Origin: Sedimentisphaerales bacterium
GTDB taxonomy: Bacteria > Planctomycetota > Phycisphaerae > Sedimentisphaerales > Anaerobacaceae
NCBI GenBank assembly: GCA_963708075.1
Contig: OY970194.1
Span: 672,001-736,000 of the forward strand
DNA length: 64,000 bases
Direction: 5' to 3'
The notes below the pieces were generated by a model that searched no databases, was not told the origin of the DNA, and saw only the letters and a list, made by a program, of their open reading frames with translations. Position numbers and translations under genes: made by a program. This document shows positions 21,810-30,832 of this stretch, in pieces (positions within the stretch are counted from its first letter, which is position 1; each line of letters opens with the position of its first letter).

Positions 21810-22907
21810 ATGAACTCCAAGGAGCGAACGAGGATTGCCCTGACTCGCAGCGGCATCCCCGATCGCATCCCTGTGCAATTCGATTTGTGCAAATCCCTCA
21901 TCGAGTACTTTGCAGAAGAACTCGGAGTGCGGCCGGAGTACGCCTACTCCTATTATGAGGACCTCACCTATCGCATCTCGGCCAATGCCATTCGCACGCG
22001 GCTCGGCAGTGACGTGGTTGTCGTAGGCGGAACAGTGGCGGCCGGTTTTCACGCTGTGGAGCTGGAGGACGGGACTTCGCTCAACGAGTTCGGGATGAAG
22101 ATGCGGCCCACGCAGCTCTATGTGGAGGTGGTGGAGCCTCCGCTGAGGGACGTGTCCTCCATCGAGGACATCGAACGATATGCCTTTCCAGACCCGTATG
22201 CGCCCGGCCGATTCGACATCGCCAAGAAGGAGATTGCCAGATTCGGGAAAAAGTTCTTTGTCATCGGGGATTGCGAGCTCAGCCTCTTCGAGCTGGCCTG
22301 GCAACTGGTGGGGCTGGAGAGGTACATGATGGCTCTGGCCACAGAGGAAAAATGGCTGGAGGCATTGTCCGATAGAGTGGAGTACTGGACGACTCACATT
22401 GCGCTGCAGTTGGTGAAACTCGGTGTCGACGCCCTCTGGTTTGGGGAGGATTTAGGGACACAGACCTCGGTCCTGATGTCGCCGGCGATGTGGAGAGCCC
22501 GATTCAAGCCCCGCTACGTGCGCATGTTCCGCATGCTCAAACAGGTGAATCCCGATGTGATCCTCATCATGCATTCGGATGGGGCGGTGGCTCCGCTGTT
22601 GACGGATTTCATCGAGATGGGGGTACAGGTGTACAACCCTGTTCAACCGAACGTTCCCGGCTCCGGTCCGCTGGAGCTGAAACAGAAATACGGCGATTCC
22701 ATCGCGTTCTTCGGCGGGGTCGATCAGCAGCAGTTGCTGCCCAGCGGGGATGCCATCAAAACGTCGTTGGAGATCAGACGACTGTGCAGAATTATGGGCC
22801 AGAACGGCGGCTACCTGCTGGCGCCGGCCCACATCATCCAGGCCGATGTCAAGCCGGACATGGTCCGGCTGATGATCGATGCCGCAAAGGGGTTTGGGCA
22901 GTATTAG
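21810..22907 (+). CDS. Uroporphyrinogen decarboxylase / MtaA-CmuA-like family protein
   Basis: MNSKER...PDRIPV, GEDLGTQ, HSDG, NPVQP, GGVDQQ, GGYLLAPAH. Confidence 0.82.
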   Translation: MNSKERTRIALTRSGIPDRIPVQFDLCKSLIEYFAEELGVRPEYAYSYYEDLTYRISANAIRTRLGSDVVVVGGTVAAGFHAVELEDGTSLNEFGMKMRPTQLYVEVVEPPLRDVSSIEDIERYAFPDPYAPGRFDIAKKEIARFGKKFFVIGDCELSLFELAWQLVGLERYMMALATEEKWLEALSDRVEYWTTHIALQLVKLGVDALWFGEDLGTQTSVLMSPAMWRARFKPRYVRMFRMLKQVNPDVILIMHSDGAVAPLLTDFIEMGVQVYNPVQPNVPGSGPLELKQKYGDSIAFFGGVDQQQLLPSGDAIKTSLEIRRLCRIMGQNGGYLLAPAHIIQADVKPDMVRLMIDAAKGFGQY

Positions 22908-22947
22908 ACATCTCCGATTCTCTGGAGTCTTTAAGGGTGACACGAAG

Positions 22948-23262
22948 ATGAAACGAAGAGCATTCAAGATGAAGTTGAAGCCGGGTTGTGCGGCGGAGTA
23001 CAAGAAACGACACGACGAGATCTGGCCGGAGGTGAAGGCTTCCATAGCTAAATCCGGCATCTCCGACTATTCGATCTTCCTTGACGAAGAAACGATGACG
23101 CTATTCGCCGTTCAGAAGCTTAGCGAGAACAACACAGTCGAGGGGTTGCCGCGGAGCGCGGTCACCCGCAAGTGGTGGGACTATATGAAGGACATCATGG
23201 AGTGCAATCCCGACAACTCGCCCGTTCGCACCCCCCTGAAAGAGATGTTTCACATTGACTGA
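22948..23262 (+). CDS. rhaM: L-rhamnose mutarotase
   Basis: AFKMKLKPG..EYKKRHDEIWPE, DYSIFL, KWWDYMKDIM, NPDNSP. Confidence 0.93.
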   Translation: MKRRAFKMKLKPGCAAEYKKRHDEIWPEVKASIAKSGISDYSIFLDEETMTLFAVQKLSENNTVEGLPRSAVTRKWWDYMKDIMECNPDNSPVRTPLKEMFHID

Positions 23263-23275
23263 TCGCGCTCTCGTC

Positions 23276-23878
23276 TCACAGTTCTGCCTGGCGTATGCCG
23301 AGTTGCCTGTAGATCGTCGGCAGCTTTTGCCTGACGGCTTGTCGCACGTCCTCGTACAGACTCACGCCATGTGAATCCATCGCCACGATCAGCGGGCCGA
23401 AGTTTTTCACTCTGAACTTGTAGATCGCCTCGGGATGAAGCTGCGGCCAATAAACGTCTTCCACGGCTTCGATCTGCTTCGTCTCGATCGCAGCGGCGCC
23501 TCCGACGATGGCGAAGTAACACGCCCCGAATCGCATCATGGCATCGAGACTGCCCTGGTAGAGCCCGGATTTGCCGATGATGGCCCGCACGCCGTATTCC
23601 TCCAGCAGCGGGGCCGTGAACCTGTCCATGCGGGTGCTGGTCGTTGTGCCGACAATGATCGTTTCCCAGCCTTTGTCCGTCTTCTTGAGACTCGGGGCGG
23701 TATGCAGGACGGGATAACCGGCCAAATCGACAGGAGGGGCATTGTGCCCGTCGAACATGTGGATCAGAGTTTTGTCCCTCATGCCGAATATGTGGCCGCT
23801 GATTGTGACCACATCTCCGGCACGAAGAGAACGCATGAGTGCTTCGTCAAAGGGCGTGTTAAGAACGTACGACGCCAT
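23276..23878 (-). CDS. Fe-S hydro-lyase (class I fumarase / tartrate dehydratase) beta subunit
   Basis: LRAGDVVTISG, RD, GTTTSTRMD, IGKSG, FGPLIVAMDSHG. Confidence 0.88.
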   Translation of the reverse strand: MASYVLNTPFDEALMRSLRAGDVVTISGHIFGMRDKTLIHMFDGHNAPPVDLAGYPVLHTAPSLKKTDKGWETIIVGTTTSTRMDRFTAPLLEEYGVRAIIGKSGLYQGSLDAMMRFGACYFAIVGGAAAIETKQIEAVEDVYWPQLHPEAIYKFRVKNFGPLIVAMDSHGVSLYEDVRQAVRQKLPTIYRQLGIRQAEL

Positions 23879-23889
23879 AGCCGCGGCCC

Positions 23890-24769
23890 CTAAAAACCGT
23901 ATTCCACTCTGCCGTCAGCCCAAATTCTGCGCGGCGCGTCGTGCCGCCCAGCATTGCGTGTTGACGGCCACCGGATTCTGCGTGATGTGCGTGTATGCCC
24001 ACTCGATGTGAACGGCCAGCGTCGAAACATCGCCCCCAAGACCCATGGGACCACTGCCCGTGGCGTTAATAGCTTGCTCCAACTGTTCTTCCAGCTCTGC
24101 AAACAGGGGGTCCGGGTTCCTCGTGCCGACCGGACGGGCAATCGCCTTCTTGGCCAGTACGCCCACCAGGTCGAATGTTCCGCCGATACCGACGCCGATG
24201 ATTCCCGGCGGACACGGATTGCCCCCAGCGCCTGTGACGGTGTCAATGATGAACTTCTTGACGGCACCCAGCCCCTCGGCGGGGGTGAACATCCTTACAG
24301 CACTCACGTTCTCGGAGCCCGAGCCCTTGGGGATCATGAGGATGTCGAGGCAGTCGGCCTGCGGGTCGAAATCCCAGTGGATCACGGGCAACCCGGCACC
24401 GACGCTCGTCTGCGGATTCTCCCGGGTCACAGGATGCAGCGAACTGCCCCGGAAGGGATATTCGAGAGTGGCCCGCTGTGCCCCCTCGGCGAGAGCGGCC
24501 CTGAGTTTCGACCCATCGACGGCGATCCGTCCCCCGATTTTCACCATGTAGACAGGCAACCCCGTATCCTGGCAGATCAGCATGTCCTGCGTGTCGGAGA
24601 CTTCGATGCTCTTGAGAATGGTCTCCAGAATGGTCTTTGCGGTGGGTTTTGTCTCCCGCGCATGGGCCTTGCGAATGGCCTCCTTGACGTCGGGCGGCAG
24701 AACCTTGAGCGCCCTGATATAGAGTTCCTTCGCAACCTCCTGCACAAGCTGGTAATTCAGTCCGGTCAT
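23890..24769 (-). CDS. Fe-S hydro-lyase (class I fumarase / tartrate dehydratase) alpha subunit; frameshift near 3' end (~23930)
   Basis: ICQDTG, PKGSGSEN, CPPGIIGVGIGG, GPMGLGG, QCWAAR; plausible C-terminus RIWADGRVEYGF lies in the adjacent frame ending at 23890. Confidence 0.88.
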
Positions 24770-24781
24770 CCCCAGGATGCT

Positions 24782-25915
24782 CTAAAACTTCAAGTAAGAT
24801 CCTAAACTTGTTACCAATAGCCAGGACACCACGCCGACGGAAACAGCCGCGATCAGCCCGCAGACGAAAGGTTTATAACCCAGCTTCGTCAGCTTGCGAA
24901 TGTTCGTATTCAGGCCGATGCAACTGACGGCGATGGCTATCAGATACGTCGCTGATGTTTTAACAAAATCGCAGGTGCCCGTCCAGCTGGCGTTTGCACT
25001 GCCGAAAGCGTAGTCGCCTAATGATCGCAGCAGGACGACAACGATATAGCCAAGCACGAACAGAGGAATGTACTTGGCGATCTGCCAACCTTTTGCAGAG
25101 GCGTTGCGGGCGTTCTTTCTGGCGAACAAGTATCCCAGGACCGGAATGACGAACACCATGAAGGTGTTTCGCACGAGTTTCGTCGTGATCGCAATATCCG
25201 CCCCGGTCAGCCCCGTTGCTGTCTTGTGCGCCCAGAGTTGGTCGTAGATCAGCGACGACGCGGTGACTTGAGATGTATCATGGACGGCGGTGCCCAGAAA
25301 GAACCCTGCCGCCGCCGGGCTCAGGTGCAGGAAGGATTCGGCCATGTAAGGATATACCATTGTGGCCAGAATTCCGAAGATGGTGATGGTCCCCACGGCG
25401 TAGGCGATCTCCTCTTCTTCGGCCTCGATGGTTGGCGCACTGGCCAGGATGGCGCTGACGCCGCAGATGCTTGTGCCGGCCGCCACCAGCGTCGCCAGCT
25501 TCTCGCTGATCCCCAGCCTCTTGGCCACGAACGCCGTGATGGCAAGACCTGCCACGATGCAGACAAAAACCATGCCTACCGCTACGGCTCCGATCTTGAG
25601 CACGGAAAGGATGCTCAGACGGATACCCATCAGGATGATTCCCAGCCGCAGGAGTTTGCTGAGCCCGAACTTGATCCCCGGCTCCAGCTTCGCCGGCAGA
25701 GGAATCGTGTTCCTGACGAGCAGGCCGAGAATGATCGCAACAAGGATGGGGCTCAGGAGACTCTCCTTCCAACCCATGGCCTTGCCAATCGCGTTGGCGG
25801 CGACGGTGCCTGCGAGCATCACCAGGACCGCTACAACCACTCCGGGCAGCAAAACGAGAACATTCTGATTGCCGAACAACACATCCTTCAGTACGGCGGA
25901 CACTCCACGCTTCAT
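24782..25915 (-). CDS. YeiH/PSE-family putative sulfate/sulfonate exporter
   Basis: AIILGLL, LLRLGIILMG, GTSICGVSA, GTAVHDTSQV, KLVRN. Confidence 0.85.
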   Translation of the reverse strand: MKRGVSAVLKDVLFGNQNVLVLLPGVVVAVLVMLAGTVAANAIGKAMGWKESLLSPILVAIILGLLVRNTIPLPAKLEPGIKFGLSKLLRLGIILMGIRLSILSVLKIGAVAVGMVFVCIVAGLAITAFVAKRLGISEKLATLVAAGTSICGVSAILASAPTIEAEEEEIAYAVGTITIFGILATMVYPYMAESFLHLSPAAAGFFLGTAVHDTSQVTASSLIYDQLWAHKTATGLTGADIAITTKLVRNTFMVFVIPVLGYLFARKNARNASAKGWQIAKYIPLFVLGYIVVVLLRSLGDYAFGSANASWTGTCDFVKTSATYLIAIAVSCIGLNTNIRKLTKLGYKPFVCGLIAAVSVGVVSWLLVTSLGSYLKF

Positions 25916-25936
25916 GATATCCTCAAATTGACTTGG

Positions 25937-26800
25937 CTATATCGTGTAATCCTGCGGCGCCCCAACGGCATCGTGGTACTTCTTCCAGTGTTCTTTCCTC
26001 AGGACGCCTATCGTGTCGCCCCGAAGGCCGGCTCGCAGCGCGGCCGCCGCCAGGATATCCTTCGGCTGGACGTTGCCAATGCTGGCGCCAGGTCCATATT
26101 TCATGTAGATCGACTGCTGCTGGTCCTTGTTCGGGGCTTCGATCATCGTGTTCTCCAGCCCCACAGCCTGGATGATCGTGCCCAGTTCCTCGAAGTTGAC
26201 TTCGCCGCTCTTGCTCATGACACCGATGCCCTTGCCGGATTCCCTGGCCTCGATGATCACCATGGCCGCGCCGCTTCGGAGGTCCTTGGTCATGAGCTCG
26301 ATCCGCCTGTCCAGCGTAATGGCCGCGTCTTTTGCCGCGTCTTTTTTGCCCACTTCCGAAATGACCGTGAATCCCGCCTGAATGCACATCTGGATAATGT
26401 CGGCCCGGCGTTCGTCGGGGATGTAGATCGTGCCGTCGGAGAACTCCAGGTGCGTGAATCCCAGTGACTTGGCGTACTTGAGGTATGGCCCAAGACACTT
26501 CTTTGTGTAGCCGCCGGCACAGAGGATCGCTACCTCCGTCAGGGTCCCCCCGATCATGGGGCTGATCCCGGATTTCTGGTAGATCTCGACTTTCTCCTGC
26601 AGAATTTCTTCGTTGTACAGGCTCGCCGTTCCAAACGTGCACTTGACGATATCCGCCAGCCCGGCGGCGATGTTGACCCAGTCGTCTGCGCCGACCGGCC
26701 CGAATTCCTTCTCGATCACCATGATCGCACCGTTCTTCTGCGGAACGGGGATGAACTTCTCGAATGCTCTGGCCATGTGTTTCTCCTGCTCCTTTATCAT
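25937..26800 (-). CDS. comA: Phosphosulfolactate synthase (ComA) family protein
   Basis: DIVK..FGT, GGTL.E, EFSDG, SEVGKK, IEARESG, EAP, GNV, LR.GLRGDT; start may be 26776. Confidence 0.88.
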   Translation of the reverse strand: MIKEQEKHMARAFEKFIPVPQKNGAIMVIEKEFGPVGADDWVNIAAGLADIVKCTFGTASLYNEEILQEKVEIYQKSGISPMIGGTLTEVAILCAGGYTKKCLGPYLKYAKSLGFTHLEFSDGTIYIPDERRADIIQMCIQAGFTVISEVGKKDAAKDAAITLDRRIELMTKDLRSGAAMVIIEARESGKGIGVMSKSGEVNFEELGTIIQAVGLENTMIEAPNKDQQQSIYMKYGPGASIGNVQPKDILAAAALRAGLRGDTIGVLRKEHWKKYHDAVGAPQDYTI

Positions 26801-26848
26801 TTGAATCGAGCGATGTAGAAGGCGCTTGCGCCCATGAGGTGGTTCTCT

Positions 26849-27892
26849 TTAACCTGTCAGTCCTTCCCAGCAGTTGTCCGAGCCCGCAACGACTTTGACT
26901 GCACGATCGACGTAGTTGAGCAAGCCATCGACGGCCTGGTATCTGCCTCGCATGAGGGCGGGATTATCCAGCCCTGCGGTGGGGATGTTGTCATACAGCA
27001 AGATGTTGGACGCGATCTTCTCGCTGATGTTGTCGAAAAGGGCCTTTTGTGTAACTCGTTTGTCCTTCAGATGGCTGATGAAGTTCTTATGCCGTCCTTC
27101 CTCCACGCGGGGCAGAATCAGGGTGATCCTGGGAGAATGGATCGTGTCCGACGCGGTCTGCATCTCCCCCAGATCGACGGCCACTTTCCTGCCCCACTCG
27201 TCGTCCGTCTCGGGCAGTTGCTCTTTCAGTTTCTCCAGGAGAAACGGGTAGCTGTACTTCAGGTTGCCGATCCGGATGTTGTCGACGACGGCGCCTTTGT
27301 AGAAGATGGGGCCGTGATCGAGGTAGAAGTGCGTCATCTCGGCGGAAAACAGCTTCAGGCCCAGTTCCAGTCCTCTGGCCAGCAGGCAGCTCTTGCCGCT
27401 GCCGGTGGTGCCGGCGGCGATATAGAGATGGTTCGCCTGCTCATTGTAGAGCGAACAGGCGTGAAGGCTGTAGATGCTGTGCTTTTTCTCCAGCATCATG
27501 AGGATATACCGGAAGACGAGGCCTTCGTTGCCGAAGAGGGTATATCGCAGATCCGAGGCCTGCTCGGTGGCCTGGAGAATCGACCCGGTCAGTTGAATCT
27601 GCCCGTCGGATACCTTGACTTCAATGGGCTGATCCGCCACATCGGTCATGGTGATGTAGAAGTCCAGCCCTTTGTCGCGGTACTCGATGGGCTCGATCTC
27701 GTGAAAGTCGGTCAGCAGGGATTCGAAACTGGCGGAGAAAAAGAGCTTGGGAAGCAACTGTTCGTTGTTGGCCGTAATCCCAAACGTGACCTTGAGCACC
27801 CGGAAGGCTTTCTTCACGGCGGAGTGAGTGCTCGTGATCGAACTCAGATCTTTATGGCTCGCACTTGCACTGTGCGATGAAATCCGACGCAT
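26849..27892 (-). CDS. P-loop protein resembling HPr kinase / PEPCK-fold kinases
   Basis: SLHAC...AGTTGSGKS...LFSAE arrangement of HprK-related proteins; start uncertain. Confidence 0.5.
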   Translation of the reverse strand: MRRISSHSASASHKDLSSITSTHSAVKKAFRVLKVTFGITANNEQLLPKLFFSASFESLLTDFHEIEPIEYRDKGLDFYITMTDVADQPIEVKVSDGQIQLTGSILQATEQASDLRYTLFGNEGLVFRYILMMLEKKHSIYSLHACSLYNEQANHLYIAAGTTGSGKSCLLARGLELGLKLFSAEMTHFYLDHGPIFYKGAVVDNIRIGNLKYSYPFLLEKLKEQLPETDDEWGRKVAVDLGEMQTASDTIHSPRITLILPRVEEGRHKNFISHLKDKRVTQKALFDNISEKIASNILLYDNIPTAGLDNPALMRGRYQAVDGLLNYVDRAVKVVAGSDNCWEGLTG

Positions 27893-29276
27893 GATCCAAT
27901 GTCTCCAATTCCTGTATGGATGTGATGATTGCCTCTGCCTTATCAGCGGGGCAGATTCCGGAGAATTCCGCGCACCCTCGAAATTTGGCGATCGTATCGG
28001 CCATCGTCATGGCCTTGGGACTGAGGATTTCACGGATTGTATAGGTCTTACTCAACTCTCTGCCGTCCCTGGTCGTCACTGTCACTGTGTGAGGCTTGTC
28101 CACGTGGGGAGGGAAATCATCCTCGATCCGGACGTATCCTCCGGGCACTTCGCGGTTGGCCACAATGCGGATTCTCGTCGCCAGCTCCGCGACCTCCGTA
28201 TCCTTGCTCACCTGTCGATCCGTGAACTCCGCCAGGCCTGCTCGTCGGCGCAGCAATGCCACCGCCACTCCGTAGGCGGCGGAGAACTGGGCATTCACCT
28301 GGGGGGTGTCTCCCATCTCGAAAGGCTGGCCGACCAGGTTCTCGCCGTCGGGACCTCCATGAATGTAGATGGTGACATCTTTCAGGTCGTCCTTTCGAAG
28401 ATCGTACTGCTGAGCCAGATCCAGCGCCGCCTGGGTCACAGGGTGGGCCAGGCCGCAACTGGTGAAGCGTTTGATCGTGTTGCGCTCAATCTCAAAGAAG
28501 CCGCGGCTGCGACGTATCTCCTCCTCGGAGGGAGGGGCCACGTTGATGTAGACCCTGAACAGCCCGGCGTCCCCTTCTGCCGCGTGCTCCGGTCCCGTGA
28601 GTCCTCGTCCCGCCAGAGCTGCCGACCAGACCGCATTTCTGGCGGCAAACGCCGGCTGCAGCCGCTTCGTCAGCGTTTTCTCGAACAGGGCTTGTCGGTT
28701 GCCGCTGGCCTGTGCGTAGTTGATTCCCATGGCATTGACTGTCTGGTCCACGCTGTAGCCCAGCAGCCGACAGGCCGCCGCGGTCGCGCCGAAACCACCC
28801 ACGACACTGCTGGGCAGAAAACCTCTTCCCTGCGGCCCTTTGCGTAACCTGTTGTATGGCATTCCCAGCCTGCAAGCGGTCTCCACGCCTAAGATGATGC
28901 CGTCGAGGAGTTCCCCGCCGGTGGCATCCGTCATCTCTGCTGCGGCCAGGACGGTCGGCATGACAATGCTCGTGATGTGAAGAGCAGAAGGGTCGTGCAG
29001 GTCGTCGTAGTCGAGGGCGTGGGCCATCACGCTGTTCACGAATGCGGCATTGGGCGCCGGCACCTTGGACCCATACACCAGAATCGTCGATTCCTCTTTC
29101 CCGCTCCATTCGCGTATCTGCTCGAACAGCTCACGAATCCCAGGAGCATTCCAAGCGGCGACGCTTACACCGACCGTATCGAGAATCAACTTCCTGCACG
29201 CATCACGCGCGCTGGTGGTGATTGCATCTGAGCTCGTCTTAACGGCCATCTCGGCCAGTATTCTTGTCAGCGACAT
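27852..29276 (-). CDS. MmgE/PrpD family protein (2-methylcitrate dehydratase / IDS epimerase fold)
   Basis: LDTVGV, AAFVNS.MAHALDYDDLH, IKRFTSCGLAHP, AQFS. Confidence 0.9.
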   Translation of the reverse strand: MSLTRILAEMAVKTSSDAITTSARDACRKLILDTVGVSVAAWNAPGIRELFEQIREWSGKEESTILVYGSKVPAPNAAFVNSVMAHALDYDDLHDPSALHITSIVMPTVLAAAEMTDATGGELLDGIILGVETACRLGMPYNRLRKGPQGRGFLPSSVVGGFGATAAACRLLGYSVDQTVNAMGINYAQASGNRQALFEKTLTKRLQPAFAARNAVWSAALAGRGLTGPEHAAEGDAGLFRVYINVAPPSEEEIRRSRGFFEIERNTIKRFTSCGLAHPVTQAALDLAQQYDLRKDDLKDVTIYIHGGPDGENLVGQPFEMGDTPQVNAQFSAAYGVAVALLRRRAGLAEFTDRQVSKDTEVAELATRIRIVANREVPGGYVRIEDDFPPHVDKPHTVTVTTRDGRELSKTYTIREILSPKAMTMADTIAKFRGCAEFSGICPADKAEAIITSIQELETLDHASDFIAQCKCEP

Positions 29277-29413
29277 AGCAACGTCAACTCGGTTGAAGGA
29301 TGCAGCAACGCAGAGATCCCGCAGCGTCGCGGCGTCGGTCCAGATTGACAGACACCGGCTTCGGCATAACTGATTGTCATCCGGGATAAATCTTCGATCA
29401 GGCACATATCTCC

Positions 29414-29477
29414 CTTGTACGGCATCCCGGGACCGGAACCAACACCAATTCGCGCTATTCTCCCCCCGTTTTGCGCA
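29414..29477 (-). promoter_or_regulatory. AraC/XylR-type operator plus -10, copy 2
   Basis: Minus strand TGCGCAAAACGGGGGGAGAATAGCGCGAATTGGTGTT-N21-TACAAG, upstream of the PrpD-ComA operon. Confidence 0.7.
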
Positions 29478-29657
29478 TCAGCCCTGGAACGATTGCAGGC
29501 TCTCCGTTGAAACCGGAGCATGGGAACAGGAGCGCTGGCGGACCGCACATACTGCCTGCGCCGTGCACTCTGTGACGGGCCAGAGGACCCATTCCGTTCT
29601 CCCGGCGAATTCGATACGGCCCGTATATCCGGCACAGACGGCACACCGAAGCCTTGA

Positions 29658-29722
29658 TGCGCAAAATGGGGGCGGAAAAGGCGCAAAGTGGCGTTGGGGT
29701 ATCCGGGCGGGACAGCTACAAT
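29658..29722 (+). promoter_or_regulatory. AraC/XylR-type operator plus -10, copy 3
   Basis: TGCGCAAAATGGGGGCGGAAAAGGCGCAAAGTGGCGTT-N21-TACAAT, upstream of the UroD-like/SSS genes. Confidence 0.78.
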
Positions 29723-29810
29723 CCCTTCCGAAGGATGATTCCGGGTTTCGCAGGCGATGCCCGGGGATCGCCCGTGTTCGTCTCAGGTCGGCTGATCGTC
29801 AAAAGCAGGT

Positions 29811-30791
29811 GTGAATGGGATGGCAGGCACCGACATGACAGGACCCTCCGAGAATCGGTTCGTGAAGACGCTGCGGCGCACGCCTACGGACCGAGTTCCA
29901 ATCTTTGAGCACGTAATCGATGCGCGTTTTGTCAATCACGCGATTGGCCTGGACCAGCGGAGCCTGGATCTGGCCGCTGAGCCGTTTGCGCGGCTGGCCC
30001 GATATATGCACATGGATATCGTGACGATGGGCTATCGTTCCCGGGTGCCCGGCACGCGCACACGGGAGGATCTGGCCGCGATGCGATTGGCGGACCACGC
30101 GGAATTCCTCCGCCGCGTGGACGATTTCCTGCGGATACAAAAGGAAACGGGGCTCGGTGTAAATGTGTACGTGCACGGCCCCTTTGACTCTACCTACTTG
30201 TCAATGGGGTACGAGACGTTCTTTCTCAACCTTGCCGACGATATGGGCTTCATCGAAGCCATGATGGAGGTTTTCACGGAGGACGCTGTCGCCATGGTCA
30301 AAGCGCTGATCGCCAAAGGGGTGACCACGATCGAGCTCGTTGACGACATTGCCTATGCCAAGGGACTCTTCATCAGGCCGGACATCTTTCGCAGGCTGTG
30401 GATGACGCGTATGGAGAAGATCCTCGAACCCATCCACAGTTCCAACACTCCGGTTTTCTTTCATAGCGATGGTGACGCCCGTCAGTTCATCGACATGGTG
30501 CTCGACCTTGGCTTTCTCGGGCTCAATCCGGTCGAGCCACAGTGCAACGATATCGTCGCATTGAAGAAGGAGTACGGCGAGCGCATCACGCTGATGGGCA
30601 ATCTGGAAATCGGCGGAGTGCTCGCGTCGGGGACGTGCGACGAGGTCCGAAGGGAAATGAAACGATTGTTGGAGCAGATGATGCCGGGGTATGGCTACGT
30701 CGCCATGTCGTCGAACTCCCTGGCCAATTGCGTCGTGCCGGAGAACTATGTGGCTATGGTGGAGACGGTGCTGGAATTCGGCAATTATTGA
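29811..30791 (+). CDS. Uroporphyrinogen decarboxylase / MtaA-CmuA-like family protein
   Basis: TDRVPIFE, DDIAY, FHSDG, NPVEP, LMGNL, GYGYVAMSSNSL, PENY; start could be 29835. Confidence 0.8.
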   Translation: MNGMAGTDMTGPSENRFVKTLRRTPTDRVPIFEHVIDARFVNHAIGLDQRSLDLAAEPFARLARYMHMDIVTMGYRSRVPGTRTREDLAAMRLADHAEFLRRVDDFLRIQKETGLGVNVYVHGPFDSTYLSMGYETFFLNLADDMGFIEAMMEVFTEDAVAMVKALIAKGVTTIELVDDIAYAKGLFIRPDIFRRLWMTRMEKILEPIHSSNTPVFFHSDGDARQFIDMVLDLGFLGLNPVEPQCNDIVALKKEYGERITLMGNLEIGGVLASGTCDEVRREMKRLLEQMMPGYGYVAMSSNSLANCVVPENYVAMVETVLEFGNY

Positions 30792-30832
30792 CCATTAGAA
30801 GTTCGATGCCCGCAGGGTCTGGAGCGTATTAG

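Noticed and set aside
25937..26800. Coenzyme M biosynthesis cluster (ComA plus an ASL-like enzyme recalls bacterial xcb genes)
   Set aside because: No comB-E, and no phosphatase or PLP desulfhydrase-like partner in the window; the context is inducible and catabolic. Not fully excluded without the rest of the genome.
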